Of a stretch of DNA of 64,000 nucleotides, positions 37,401 to 47,618 are shown in pieces. The stretch lies in NCBI GenBank assembly GCA_963674735.2, contig CAXXQS010000002.1, forward strand, positions 672,001 through 736,000, in the 5' to 3' direction. Position 1 is the stretch's first letter, and the number at the start of each line of letters is the position of its first letter. The notes under the pieces are model-generated. The model was given only the letters and a program-made list of their open reading frames with translations. It did not search any database and was not told where the DNA came from. Both the position numbers and the translations under genes were made by a program. Source of the DNA: Myxococcota bacterium. Its GTDB lineage: Bacteria; Myxococcota_A; SURF-8.

Positions 37401-39656
37401 GAACTCGAATTGAAGCGTTACGAAGAAGCCCTGAAACGCTATGAAAGTGCCCTGGAATTGGAACCGGAATCGTTTTTGGCCACCGAAGGAGCCAAGCGAG
37501 TCTATGCTCGCCTCGAACACTGGTCGGCTTTGAGCGATCTGCTCGAAAAAAACCTGGAAAACGCGGCGTCCACCTCCACTTACATCGTAACGGCCTACCA
37601 CCTGGCTTTTCTCAAAGAAGGCAAGTTCGGACGTCTGGACGAAGCCCGGCAGTTGTATGTCAAGGTGCTGGATCTCGATCCCGCCCACAAAGACGCCTAT
37701 CGCCGCGCGAAAAAATTGCTTACCCAGGAAAAAGATTTCCAAACCCTGGTGCAAATCCAGGAAAAGCGACTTGGATCCCTGGAAAACGACGACGAACGCC
37801 TCGATCTGCACCGACAAATCGCCGAAGTGGCGGAAAACCAGCTCTCCGATCTGCCGCTGGCCATTCATCACCGCCGTACCATCGTCGAAAAGTCGGCCGA
37901 CGATGTCGCCGCCAAGCGCCACCTGGCCGATCTTTTAGCGAAGAACGCCGAGTGGGAAGAGGCGATTGCGCTGTATGAAGAATTGGCTCCCAAGCTCGAC
38001 GATGCCGAGGATCTGCGCAGTCTGCATTTCGAAATGGGCCACATCTACCAGAAAGAATTGGGCAACCATTCCCGAGCGGTCTCGGCCTTCGAAACCGTTC
38101 TGGCTTACGAGCCCGACGACCTTCAAGCCATGGAACGCCTGGGCGATTTGTACAAGGAATTGCACCTGTCGGAAGAAGCCTGCGAAATTCTGCAGAAATT
38201 GCTGGCCCATGAACTCCCCAAAGAAAAAGCGATCCGCTACAACCTCACGATCGGTGAGATCCTACTCGACCAGATGAGCCAGGAAGAAGAAGCCCTGCCA
38301 TACTTCGACCGTGCCCTGGAACTCGATCCGTCCCACCCCGCCACGGTCGATCTGCTGTCGGCTCTGTTCGAACGGCTGGGACGCTGGGAGCGTCTGGTCG
38401 AACTGTACGAGCAGAATATCGATCGACTCGACCCGAACGCCATCGACCAGCGCACCGGTCTGATGCTGGGCCTCAGCCGGATCTACGTCGATAAGATCGG
38501 GGACGTGGAAAAAGCGCTGGCCAAACTGGAAACGGCCCACCGCCTCGACCACAGCAACACCGACATTCAAGCTGCCCAAGCTCGCGTTATGGGCATGAAC
38601 GCGCTCTATTATCTCGACGCGATCGATAAACACCACCAGCTTCTGCGCGAGAACCCCTTCCGCGTGGAAAGCTACCGGGAACTGTCACGCATCTACACCG
38701 AACGCAACGAACAAGACAAAGCCTTTTGCAGCCTCTCGGCGCTCGATTTCCTCAAAGCCCTCACCCAAGACGAGGCCGAGGATCTCTACAGCCTGCGCGA
38801 CCGCGTCCCCGGCGGCATCGCCGCCGTCATTCCCGAACGCGAGCAGGAACGCCTGTTGGTGCACCCAGCCGAACGCGGACTGCTGCGCGACATTTTCCGG
38901 CGTATCGAACCGGCGCTCTACAAACTCGAACCGGTGGATATGAGTCCCTACGATCTACCCAATTGCAAGGTGGCGGGCGTAAATTCGTCCATCTATCACC
39001 TCATGGAGAACGCCGCGTACCAACTGGGTGTCGATCTCTTCAAAATTTACATCAGCCAGAAGCAACCCGATCTGCTGGGAGTGGAGAACACCAAGCCGCC
39101 GACCATCGTCATGGGCGGCAACCTGGCTTTTGCAAAAGAGGGCATCAAGCGTTTTCTGGCGGGTATGGTGGTCAGCCGCATCGCCAACGGCCACGTGCAG
39201 TTCGTCGATATGCCATCCGACCGGTTACGCTACTGGGCGGAACTGACCGGTCACCTTTACATCCCGGAAATCCCAGTCCATAGTCCGGACGCACCCGACG
39301 GCGTGGAGAAATGGGCCGCACGCCTGAACCGCGCCATCCCAAAACCGGCCCGTAAGAATCTCGAAGAGTCCGCCCGCCAGATGGTCAAGCAGGAAACCCC
39401 GCTGGATTACGACGCTTTCAAGCTTGCCATGCGCCATAGCGACAATCGCATGGGACTCCTTTTGGCCGGCGATCTAACCGCTTCCGCCGAGAGTCTGGTC
39501 TATCTCGACAGCCATGAGCCTTATCGTACCGGAGCGAAGACTTGCGACGTGGTCGAAGCTTTCAGCTCCAACGACCAAATCAAGGAACTGCTGCTGTTCA
39601 GCGTATCGGAAGAGTATTTCGAACTGCGCCGCATGGTGCATTTGAACGTGGAGTAA
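34434..39656 (+). CDS. Giant cytoplasmic tetratricopeptide repeat protein
   Basis: Many TPR units (AxxxYxxxLxxDPxxxxAxxxLxxLY…W); acidic N-terminus; C-terminal M48-like domain. Confidence 0.85.
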   Translation: MKTVDDGIEIDEMDQSDVPETLTGETSIEQATGAEASSETENDRPLEEAATETDVESQANAAAEAGDETPPPDMDAADPTEAVPNEDDEDDVWGRILAQLEQELAQTDTPEQQAALHHHLGTILDQQLGQTERAILHFQQAYAADPTHQPTLKAATRLFREIGQWDMVIELLEAQEESTLTDSERVDLLMEQASIDFAHLDKADVAIDRLNTVLEIDPTNYTALKLLEKFLVIRDDKEALTAFYNRYIYDANFAAFHLPMLLNLAQVLEESTDRQPEAIPIYQKIIELDPKNRLAISALKRLLMRHKRWDDLSEVYRHEEDITEEPKRKALIQYLQARLCADRLNDRERAEAHIRRALEIDPDNIMLWDELETVNEARRDWPALADVHERQYELAINPEKKLDIAFKLGALYQERLEDYEQAADWYEKALEAKMDYLPALHVLGKLYGRAGDHAKLIGLLEKEADCIDDIKLKAAKYFMIAEQAQRSLGDHERAVDAYRRVLELMPGYLPAIKALSELYGFLGRVDDLIAMNELQLSLNPSLNGEQFVYLLEKNASLWEHKGGIDEAIDCRRRILERHAGHISSIQALGRLYAKAEKWEELIEINEREGQIINDQHRIIALVHKSGEICEQKLDDEGRAVRYYKRVLTLSPSYLPTVKALGAIYQRQSRWDELITLYHRELESVGEGEQAISIRFKVAQIYDEELDNAHRAETHYRKILDDDPDFTPALHALTKLYQRENNHAARVELYEAQAEKSTESSSRLLALYKVAELYETGLVDMGKAESTYRRILDIDPNNLPARRGLFRTYAMADEREKQLDLLNQEIDAETEPERQLPLLIDAAHLYNEMGGNPDEAVKLFLRILDIEPANDMAFQQLERLYRQQRRFEELADLYEAHLSRIESDDDKMPLLRMLIDVLENHLGDFDRLLAVYREFLRIEPLDSTALDFFEEVYAREHQWDALLDVYDRMRQISEDKTQLLHLYLVSGQILELELKRYEEALKRYESALELEPESFLATEGAKRVYARLEHWSALSDLLEKNLENAASTSTYIVTAYHLAFLKEGKFGRLDEARQLYVKVLDLDPAHKDAYRRAKKLLTQEKDFQTLVQIQEKRLGSLENDDERLDLHRQIAEVAENQLSDLPLAIHHRRTIVEKSADDVAAKRHLADLLAKNAEWEEAIALYEELAPKLDDAEDLRSLHFEMGHIYQKELGNHSRAVSAFETVLAYEPDDLQAMERLGDLYKELHLSEEACEILQKLLAHELPKEKAIRYNLTIGEILLDQMSQEEEALPYFDRALELDPSHPATVDLLSALFERLGRWERLVELYEQNIDRLDPNAIDQRTGLMLGLSRIYVDKIGDVEKALAKLETAHRLDHSNTDIQAAQARVMGMNALYYLDAIDKHHQLLRENPFRVESYRELSRIYTERNEQDKAFCSLSALDFLKALTQDEAEDLYSLRDRVPGGIAAVIPEREQERLLVHPAERGLLRDIFRRIEPALYKLEPVDMSPYDLPNCKVAGVNSSIYHLMENAAYQLGVDLFKIYISQKQPDLLGVENTKPPTIVMGGNLAFAKEGIKRFLAGMVVSRIANGHVQFVDMPSDRLRYWAELTGHLYIPEIPVHSPDAPDGVEKWAARLNRAIPKPARKNLEESARQMVKQETPLDYDAFKLAMRHSDNRMGLLLAGDLTASAESLVYLDSHEPYRTGAKTCDVVEAFSSNDQIKELLLFSVSEEYFELRRMVHLNVE

Positions 39657-39678
39657 CCCACACTCGAAGGGGGACGCG

Positions 39679-40470
39679 ATGGATCTCGGAATTCGCAATA
39701 AAACCGCCATTGTCTGTGCCGCCAGCCGGGGGCTGGGTTTGGCCGTTGCCACCCGCTTGGCCAAGGAAGGCGCCAAAGTCGCCATTTGCGCTCGCAATAT
39801 GGAGGCGTTGAACGAGGCTGTCGAACAAATCAATCCGGTAGCCGAAAACGACGTTTTCGCCTATCCCTGCGATGTCACCGACCCGCAACAGATCGATGCT
39901 TTTCATGACGCCGTGGTGGAAAATCTTGGAACGGTAGACATTCTGGTCACCAACGCCGGAGGACCGCCGCCGGGAACCTTCCAGAACGTCACGTCCGAGC
40001 AATGGCAGGCCGGTTTCGACTTGACGCTGATGAGCGCCGTTCATTTCATTCACCGCGTCCTACCTGCTATGCAAGAAAACGGCTGGGGCCGTATCCTGGC
40101 CATGACTTCCATTTCGGCCCGCCAACCGCTCCCCAACATGATCCTTTCCAATGCCATCCGGGCAAGCGTGATCGGAGCCATGAAAACGTTGGCCGACGAA
40201 GTGGCAGGCCGCGGCATCAACGTCAACAGCCTGTGTCCGGGCTTCATTCTGACCAGCCGCATGGAAGAAGTGGTACGCGCCCAGGCCGAGCAGGGCGGAA
40301 CCGATTATGACACACGGCTCAAGCAGGTGGAAGCCTCGATCCCGGTCGGACGATTGGGTAAGCCGGAAGAATTCGCGGACATGGCGGCCTTTCTCGTTTC
40401 CGAGCGGGCATCGTTCGTTACCGGAAGCACCGTTCTGGTAGACGGCGGCATGTATCGCGGCTTGATGTAG
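39679..40470 (+). CDS. SDR family oxidoreductase (FabG-like, atypical)
   Basis: AASRGLG, ILVTNAGGPPPG, SNAIR, GRLGKPEEF, VDGG. Confidence 0.9.
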   Translation: MDLGIRNKTAIVCAASRGLGLAVATRLAKEGAKVAICARNMEALNEAVEQINPVAENDVFAYPCDVTDPQQIDAFHDAVVENLGTVDILVTNAGGPPPGTFQNVTSEQWQAGFDLTLMSAVHFIHRVLPAMQENGWGRILAMTSISARQPLPNMILSNAIRASVIGAMKTLADEVAGRGINVNSLCPGFILTSRMEEVVRAQAEQGGTDYDTRLKQVEASIPVGRLGKPEEFADMAAFLVSERASFVTGSTVLVDGGMYRGLM

Positions 40471-40493
40471 CCCATCCGCAACAGGAAGCAACC

Positions 40494-41114
40494 ATGCAGA
40501 ATCACAGACTCATACCGATCATTACCGGACTGACGGTCCTCTTTCTGATGCTCGCAGCTTGCGAGGACGATGCCAAGCTGAAATTGATTTACGAAAACGA
40601 CTTCGAGTCGGGCGTGATCGGACCGGAATGGAAAAACGAGGGCGGCGACTGGCAGATCGTCAAGGGCACCTTGCGTTCGCGCCGCGCCTTGAACAAGGAT
40701 CTGGTGCTGAACACGCCTTTACCGGCCGAAGCGGTGATTCAACTGGACCTTATCTCCCATTCCCCCCATGTCGACATCAAGGTCCGCGCCTGGGGCGATA
40801 GTCGCGGAGATCTGCACGACGGTGCCTATCACTTCATTTTGGGCGGCTGGCACAACAAATATTCCATTATCGCGCCACAAGGGGAGCACGACAAACGCCG
40901 CATCTCACGCAGCGATCCGATGAAGCCGAACCACTGGTACAAGGTGAAAATCACGCGCCGAGCGGGTATGATCAAACTCTTTGTGGATGGAAAGAAATTC
41001 CTGAGCTATTCCGACACTGAGCCGCTCGACCCGGCCATTTTCCGGCACTTCAGTTTCGCCAACTGGGAAACCCCCTGTGAATTCGATAACCTGAAGATCT
41101 TCGCCTACGAATAA
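40494..41114 (+). CDS. Hypothetical lipoprotein with concanavalin/DUF1080-like beta-sandwich
   Basis: Lipobox LAAC; YENDF…W..GG.W, GGWHN, FDNLKI. Confidence 0.65.
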   Translation: MQNHRLIPIITGLTVLFLMLAACEDDAKLKLIYENDFESGVIGPEWKNEGGDWQIVKGTLRSRRALNKDLVLNTPLPAEAVIQLDLISHSPHVDIKVRAWGDSRGDLHDGAYHFILGGWHNKYSIIAPQGEHDKRRISRSDPMKPNHWYKVKITRRAGMIKLFVDGKKFLSYSDTEPLDPAIFRHFSFANWETPCEFDNLKIFAYE

Positions 41115-41218
41115 GCCAAGCTCTCCGATAAGACAAAGACTCCTCCGCCTTTCGAAGAACATCCGAAGCTTTCAATCGGGGAATAGCGGTGGTGAATACC
41201 TAGAACAGGCTGAAATCG

Positions 41219-42451
41219 CTACAAATTTTCGACAATCGCCGCAGCGAATTCCGAACATTTCAACAAGGTGGCACCCTGCATCTGGCGTTCCAGGTCGTAG
41301 GTCACGCGCTTCTGGCTGATGGTTGTGGCGATTCCGTCGTAAATCAGGCGCGCCGCCTCGTCCCAGCTCATGAATTCCAACATCATCGCCGCCGAGAGAA
41401 GCAGCGAGGAGGGATTCACCATATCCAAACCGGCATACTTGGGAGCGGTTCCGTGGGTCGCCTCGAACAATCCCATTCCGATACTGGTATTGGCCCCCGG
41501 AGCCATGCCGAGTCCGCCCACCTGGGCGGCACAGGCATCGGAGAGGTAGTCGCCGTTGAGGTTGGAGGTAACAATAGCGCTGTATTCCTTGGGGCGCAGC
41601 AAAATCTGCTGGAACATCGCATCGGCGATGCGGTCTTTGATCAACAATCGTCCTTCGGTCGGGTGGCCTTCCCATTGCTCGGCCTCGGTCACGATCCGAT
41701 CACGGTAATTTTTTTTGTAGTAAGCATACACCCAGTCGCGAAAGGCCCCCTCGGTGTATTTCATGATGTTGCCCTTGTGCACGATCGTGATGGAGGGCAG
41801 ATTTTTGGCCAACGCATGACGGATGGCGGTTTCGGCGATGCGTTCGGTCGCTCCTTGCGACATCGGTTTGATGCCGATACCCGAATCGGGACGAAGCACC
41901 TTCCCGTGCGTATCGCGCACCAATTCGATAAAACGCCGGGCTTCGTCGGAACCCGCGCGAAATTCAATTCCCAGATAGGTATCTTCCGTATTCTCGCGGA
42001 AAATCACCACATCCAGATCCTGTTGGTTTTTCACCGGCGAAGGAACACCTTCAAACCAGCGCACCGGACGCACGCAGGCAAAGAGATCCAATTCCTGGCG
42101 CAACGCAACGTTGAGCGAGCGAATCCCGCCGCCCACCGGGGTGGTCATGGGGCCTTTGATGGCCACCCGATATTCACGAATGGCTTCGATGGTTTCCTTC
42201 GGCAACCACTCCCCCAACTCTTTGTACGCTTTCTCGCCTGCAGGGATGTTCCACCAATGAATGCGACGTTCCCCGCCATAGGCCTTCGCAACCGCGCCAT
42301 CCACCACCAAACGCATGGCCGGGGTAATATCCACACCCGTCCCGTCTCCTTCGATAAAGGGAATGATCGGATCGTTTGGGACAATCAACTCACCGTTGAT
42401 AAAATCTATTTTCCGACCACCGATCGGCGGGGACAGTCTTCCGTAATCCAT
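41219..42451 (-). CDS. icd: Isocitrate dehydrogenase (NADP+), dimeric E. coli type
   Basis: [48 protein letters not shown]. Confidence 0.96.
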   Translation of the reverse strand: MDYGRLSPPIGGRKIDFINGELIVPNDPIIPFIEGDGTGVDITPAMRLVVDGAVAKAYGGERRIHWWNIPAGEKAYKELGEWLPKETIEAIREYRVAIKGPMTTPVGGGIRSLNVALRQELDLFACVRPVRWFEGVPSPVKNQQDLDVVIFRENTEDTYLGIEFRAGSDEARRFIELVRDTHGKVLRPDSGIGIKPMSQGATERIAETAIRHALAKNLPSITIVHKGNIMKYTEGAFRDWVYAYYKKNYRDRIVTEAEQWEGHPTEGRLLIKDRIADAMFQQILLRPKEYSAIVTSNLNGDYLSDACAAQVGGLGMAPGANTSIGMGLFEATHGTAPKYAGLDMVNPSSLLLSAAMMLEFMSWDEAARLIYDGIATTISQKRVTYDLERQMQGATLLKCSEFAAAIVENL

Positions 42452-42829
42452 CTAAGGCCTCCTTGCGAACGGTACACCCCCCGAACAAGCTGAATCACTC
42501 CTTAGAGATAAGGGAGAGAAACGGGCGAACAATATTCCGCCCCATTTGCCGGTCGCGAAGTTCCAATGTTATACTCGTTTATTGTTTACCAAATGCAAGG
42601 GGTTCCAATCAAGGAAAAGCGTGGTATTTCCGAATTCTTCATTAATTTCAGGGAATTTTAGTTCCGCTTTGAAAATCTTACCCACGAAGAATGAATTCGC
42701 GGCGCATTCGGGGAGACTCGAACGGCCTGTCACCCATCACCGATTGCATCATCTTGACGACCAGGCATAACCCGCCGCTATGTGGATTAGAGGCGTATGG
42801 ACGGATCTATTGAAAAAGGGAGCGATTCT

Positions 42830-43753
42830 ATGAACATCGGTATTATCGGCAGCGGAAATGTGGGTATCACCACGGCCTTCGCCATCGCCGAAAAAGGGAG
42901 TGGCCACGTCCTGTTGTACGACAAGGTGGAAGGTCGTGCGAAAGGCAAAGCTCTGGATCTCGCGGAGGCCGCTCCTCTGCGGCGCTACGGCACGCGCATC
43001 GAGGGTACCGACAACTTCGACGACTTGATGTTGAGCGACATCCTGGTCATTGCGGCGGGCAGTCCACGCCAGGCGAACATGAGCCGGGTCGACTTGCTCG
43101 ATGAAAACCTGCCCCTGATCCACGAACTGGCCGACGCCATCAAAAGCGGCTACCGCAAGCCCGATCCCCCCATTGTGATTCTGCTGACCGAACCGGTAGA
43201 TCTGATGACACTCGCCTTCATTCGTCGTTCGGGTTATCCGCGCGAGCGCGTTTTGGGTGTAGGCGGGTTGCTGTCGTCGGCGCGCATGCGCTACTTCATC
43301 GCGAAAAAACTCAACATTTCACCGGAAGATATCGACGCCATGGTGGTCGGCACCCATGGAGACAAAATGGCCGTCCTGGAACGCTACACCCGCATCTCCG
43401 GCCTGCCGCTGAGTTTCTTTCTCGACCGCGAGCAGATCGATTCGGTGGTCAAACAAACCATCGACGCCGGGCATCAGATCGTGGAGCAGGCCAAAATCGG
43501 TTCCAGCTTCTACACCCCCGGGGCCGCCGTGGGCGCCATGGTGGACGCCATTTCGCGCGATCTCAACCGCGTAATGGGTGTCTCCGTCAAGCTCACCGGC
43601 GAATTCGGCATCGAAAATCAGTGTTTGAGCGTCCCGACCATGCTCGGTCGCAACGGCGTCAAACGCATTTTCGAGTTGAAGCTGAATGAGCAGGAGCGAG
43701 CGGCGCTGCATGCGTCGGCGAAATTCCAGGAACCCTACCTATCGAGAGTGTAA
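42830..43753 (+). CDS. Malate/lactate dehydrogenase family protein, divergent paralog
   Basis: GSGNVG, GKALDL, AGSPRQANMSR, GTHGD; non-canonical TEPVD and LLSSAR. Confidence 0.8.
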   Translation: MNIGIIGSGNVGITTAFAIAEKGSGHVLLYDKVEGRAKGKALDLAEAAPLRRYGTRIEGTDNFDDLMLSDILVIAAGSPRQANMSRVDLLDENLPLIHELADAIKSGYRKPDPPIVILLTEPVDLMTLAFIRRSGYPRERVLGVGGLLSSARMRYFIAKKLNISPEDIDAMVVGTHGDKMAVLERYTRISGLPLSFFLDREQIDSVVKQTIDAGHQIVEQAKIGSSFYTPGAAVGAMVDAISRDLNRVMGVSVKLTGEFGIENQCLSVPTMLGRNGVKRIFELKLNEQERAALHASAKFQEPYLSRV

Positions 43754-43765
43754 GCGAGGCTGAGT

Positions 43766-44698
43766 ATGAAACCGAAAGTTACCATTGTCGGAAGCGGAAA
43801 TGTGGGCGCAACCGCCACGTACTACCTGGCCGAACGCAATATCGCCGAGGTGGTGATGGTGGACGTCAAAGAAGGCGTGCCGCAGGCCAAGGCGCTCGAC
43901 GCCAATCACACCGCACCGCTTAGAGATTACGATGTCACCGTCACCGGTTCGAACGACTTCTCCGCCATGAAAGATTCCAAGGTGGTGGTGGTCACGGCCG
44001 GTCTACCGCGCAAGCCCGGCATGACACGCGAGGATTTGCTGAACACCAACGCGCGGATCATGAAGTCGGTCTCGCAGAATATCGCCGAATACGCCCCCAA
44101 TTCCACTGTCATCGTGGTGTCCAACCCCCTGGATATCATGACCTATGTCGCTTGGAAAGTAACCGGCTTCGGCACCAAAAAAGTGATGGGCATGGCAGGC
44201 GTTCTCGACTCGACGCGCTTCCGCACCTTCATTGCGCAAGAACTGCGGGTGGAACCGAAGGAAGTACAGGCGTTGGTTTTGGGCGGCCATGGCGACGAAA
44301 TGGTTCCGCTGCCCGAATATTCGGTCGTGGACGGCATTCCGATCACCGAACTGATCGAACCGGCTCGGCTGGAACAAATCATCGATCGCACGCGCAAGGG
44401 CGGCGGCGAAATCGTGGGCTACCTGAAAACCGGTAGCGCCTTCTATGCCCCGGCGGCCAGCACCATCGAAATGGTGGAAGCCATCATACGTAACAAGCGC
44501 CGCATTCTGCCCGTGGCCGCCTATTGCAAGGGCGAGTACGGCATCCAAAATGCCTTCATGGGCGTCCCGGCGTTGATCGGTAAAAACGGCATCGAAAAAA
44601 TCTACGAGATTCCGATCGCCGATCGCTGGAAGGAACAGATGCAGAAGTCGGTTAAATTGATTCAGACCACCATCGACAAACTGGATATCGAACTATAG
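43766..44698 (+). CDS. mdh: Malate dehydrogenase (LDH-like)
   Basis: AGLPRKPGMTREDLL, SNPLD, GVLDSTRF, GGHGD, KTGSAFYAP. Confidence 0.95.
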   Translation: MKPKVTIVGSGNVGATATYYLAERNIAEVVMVDVKEGVPQAKALDANHTAPLRDYDVTVTGSNDFSAMKDSKVVVVTAGLPRKPGMTREDLLNTNARIMKSVSQNIAEYAPNSTVIVVSNPLDIMTYVAWKVTGFGTKKVMGMAGVLDSTRFRTFIAQELRVEPKEVQALVLGGHGDEMVPLPEYSVVDGIPITELIEPARLEQIIDRTRKGGGEIVGYLKTGSAFYAPAASTIEMVEAIIRNKRRILPVAAYCKGEYGIQNAFMGVPALIGKNGIEKIYEIPIADRWKEQMQKSVKLIQTTIDKLDIEL

Positions 44699-44839
44699 AT
44701 AAACAAGGGTAAATGCTCGCAGAAGAACAATCGGTTCCCGGGACAAGCCAAGTCTGACCGGGGCCGCTCGTTCAACTTCGCGGACCGGTTCGCGGCCGGA
44801 GGCGAAACATGGGGCAGGGCGTGAATGGAGGTAACCGCG

Positions 44840-47605
44840 ATGGCATCCGATGAACTTGTCACCATTCCCCGCGGCGGTGCGGCGACACACTGGAACGCCG
44901 ACCTCATCGAAGATCTGCATGCGCGTTGGAAGGAAAATCCGGCGGCGGTGTCGGAATCCTGGCAGATGTTTTTCGAAGGATTCGAACTGGCCATGTGTCC
45001 GCGCAAATGCGTGGCCGCCGACCAGGCCCGCGCCCAATCGGAAGTCAACCGCATGATCTTCGCCTACCGCTCCCTGGGCCACATGGAAGCGCGCATCGAC
45101 CCGCTGGGGCATGTCCCGCCTTCTCATCCCGATCTGGATCCGAAAGGCTTCGGTTTCAGCGATGAAGATGCAACGCGAGTGTTCGACACGGGTTCCCTCG
45201 TCGGACCGGCGCGGGCTCCACTCAAAGACATCTTGGCCCACCTGCGCGACACCTACACCCGCAGTATCGGGGTCGAGTATATGCATATACAGGAGCCGAC
45301 GGTGCGCCGTTGGTTGCAGGAACGCATGGAGCCCATACGCAACCGCCCGCCATTTCCGAAAGAAAAGCGCCTGGAGACGCTCCGCCTGCTGATCGATGCA
45401 GAGGTATTCGAAACGTTTTTACATACGTACTACCCCGGACAAAAACGTTTTTCGTTGGAGGGAGCCGAAGCGCTCATTCCCTCCATGCACGCCATCGTCG
45501 AATGGGCGCCCGAGCTGGGCGTGCAGGAAATCGTTCTCGGCATGAGCCACCGGGGTCGTCTGAACGCCCTGGCGAATATCCTCGACAAATCTTACGGCAT
45601 GATCTTTTCGGAATTCGAAGACAGCCCGGTCGACCAGGTTTGGGGAAGCGGCGACGTCAAGTACCATCGCGGCTACGCCTCGGACCACGTCAACGCCCTG
45701 GGACAGACCGTGCACCTGAGCCTGACGTCCAACCCCAGCCACCTCGAAGCGGTGGATCCGGTCGTGGAAGGCCGCGCACGCGCCAAGCAGCGCCAACACG
45801 ACGACATGGAGGAACGCCGCAAGGTCGTACCCCTGATCGTCCACGGCGACGCCAGCTTCGCCGGACAAGGTATCGTAGCGGAAACACTCAACCTTTCGCA
45901 GCTTGACGGGTATCGTACCGGCGGCACCATCCACCTCATCGTCAACAACCAGATCGGTTTCACCGCCACACCGGAAGAAGCGCGTTCGTCCCATTACGCC
46001 ACCGATGTCGCCAAAATGATCGAAGCTCCGATTTTCCATGTCAACGCCGACGATCCCGAAGCCGTTGTGTATATCAGTGAACTGGCTTTGCGTTTTCGCC
46101 AGGAATTCCACCGCGATGTGGTCCTCGATCTGGTGTGCTACCGCCGCCACGGTCACAACGAAGGCGACGATCCCGCGTTCACCAACCCGACGATGGTCAA
46201 AGCCATCAAGGCGCGCCCCAGTATTCGCCGTCTTTACATGCAGCAACTTCTGCGCGACGGACTGATTACACCCGACGACGAAAGCCGCCTCACCAGCGAG
46301 ATCAAGGCCCGGCTTAAAGCCGAACTGGACCGCGTCAAGTCGGGTGAAACCGACAAAGAACCGCATGCCTTCGAGGGTCTGTGGGCGGCCTACAATCGTC
46401 CCTACTCCATCGCCACGGTTAAAACCGGCGTTTCACTGGACGATTTGGAGAAAATGACACGTGGATTGGCCACGGTCCCGCCCGGCTTCAAAATCAATCC
46501 CAAAGTAGCTCGCCGCTTGGAGGCAATGCAGACGGCGGTCCTGGGCGGTGGCAACATCGACTGGAGCTTCGCGGAATCGCTGGCTTTCGGTTCACTGCTG
46601 GTCGAGGGCACGCCCATTCGCCTAAGTGGCCAGGATTCGGCACGCGGCACCTTCAGCCAACGACATTCCGTGTGGATGGATGCCGATAGCGGACAAGCCT
46701 ACAAACCCCTCAACCATCTATCTCCCGGCCAGTCCAAATTCTGCGTCTACAACAGCCTGCTTTCCGAAGCGGCCGTGCTGGGCTTCGATTACGGGTATTC
46801 GCTGGCCGAACCGCGCATGCTGATTCTGTGGGAAGCGCAATTCGGTGATTTCGCCAATGGTGCACAAGTCATCATCGATCAGTTCATCGTCGGCTCGGAG
46901 TCGAAATGGCAACGCACCAGCGGCCTGGTGATGCTGTTGCCTCACGGTTTCGAAGGTCAGGGCCCCGAGCATTCCAATGCCTATTTGGAACGCTACCTTC
47001 AAGCCTGCGCCGAAAACAACATCCAGGTCACCTATCCAAGCACCCCGGCTCAATACTTTCATCTGCTGCGCCGCCAGATCAAACAGCCCTTCCGGCGTCC
47101 ACTGATCGTGATGACCCCCAAAAGCCTGCTGCGCCATAAATCGGCGGTTTCGCCCATCGGCGAGCTGGCGACCGGACATTTTCACGAGATTTTGGACGAT
47201 CCCGCCGCACCGGAAAAACCGGAACGGCTTATTTTCTGCAGCGGCAAGGTCTACTACGACCTGATACAAGAACGCGAAAAGATGGACAAACCTTCCAGCG
47301 CGATTGTACGCGTCGAGCAATTCTATCCTTTCGCCGACCACCTGATGCCCGATTTCGCCGAACGCTATGCCTCGGCACGTGAGGTGCTGTGGGTGCAGGA
47401 AGAACCGCAAAACCGGGGAGGTTGGACCTTCATCAAACCGCGCATCGAAGAACATTTCAAAAAAATACCCGTAAGATATGTCGGACGTCCTGCCAGCGCC
47501 AGTCCAGCCGTGGGATCGCACAGCACGCACCGCGAAACACAGGCAGACATCGTCCGGGAAGCCTTGACACGTATCGCGCCCTCAGCGGCGCAAACCCGTT
47601 CCTGA
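44840..47605 (+). CDS. sucA: 2-oxoglutarate dehydrogenase E1
   Basis: KRFSLEG, GDVKYH, NPSHLE, HGDASFAGQG, WEAQFGDF, GQGPEHS; start MASDE after GGAGG. Confidence 0.97.
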   Translation: MASDELVTIPRGGAATHWNADLIEDLHARWKENPAAVSESWQMFFEGFELAMCPRKCVAADQARAQSEVNRMIFAYRSLGHMEARIDPLGHVPPSHPDLDPKGFGFSDEDATRVFDTGSLVGPARAPLKDILAHLRDTYTRSIGVEYMHIQEPTVRRWLQERMEPIRNRPPFPKEKRLETLRLLIDAEVFETFLHTYYPGQKRFSLEGAEALIPSMHAIVEWAPELGVQEIVLGMSHRGRLNALANILDKSYGMIFSEFEDSPVDQVWGSGDVKYHRGYASDHVNALGQTVHLSLTSNPSHLEAVDPVVEGRARAKQRQHDDMEERRKVVPLIVHGDASFAGQGIVAETLNLSQLDGYRTGGTIHLIVNNQIGFTATPEEARSSHYATDVAKMIEAPIFHVNADDPEAVVYISELALRFRQEFHRDVVLDLVCYRRHGHNEGDDPAFTNPTMVKAIKARPSIRRLYMQQLLRDGLITPDDESRLTSEIKARLKAELDRVKSGETDKEPHAFEGLWAAYNRPYSIATVKTGVSLDDLEKMTRGLATVPPGFKINPKVARRLEAMQTAVLGGGNIDWSFAESLAFGSLLVEGTPIRLSGQDSARGTFSQRHSVWMDADSGQAYKPLNHLSPGQSKFCVYNSLLSEAAVLGFDYGYSLAEPRMLILWEAQFGDFANGAQVIIDQFIVGSESKWQRTSGLVMLLPHGFEGQGPEHSNAYLERYLQACAENNIQVTYPSTPAQYFHLLRRQIKQPFRRPLIVMTPKSLLRHKSAVSPIGELATGHFHEILDDPAAPEKPERLIFCSGKVYYDLIQEREKMDKPSSAIVRVEQFYPFADHLMPDFAERYASAREVLWVQEEPQNRGGWTFIKPRIEEHFKKIPVRYVGRPASASPAVGSHSTHRETQADIVREALTRIAPSAAQTRS

Positions 47606-47618
47606 AGGAGTTTCGGCC

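Noticed and set aside
44699-44839. sucA-type cis-regulatory RNA in the mdh-sucA spacer
   Set aside because: GC-rich pairing is possible but no recognisable conserved motif was found by eye; an Rfam scan would be needed.
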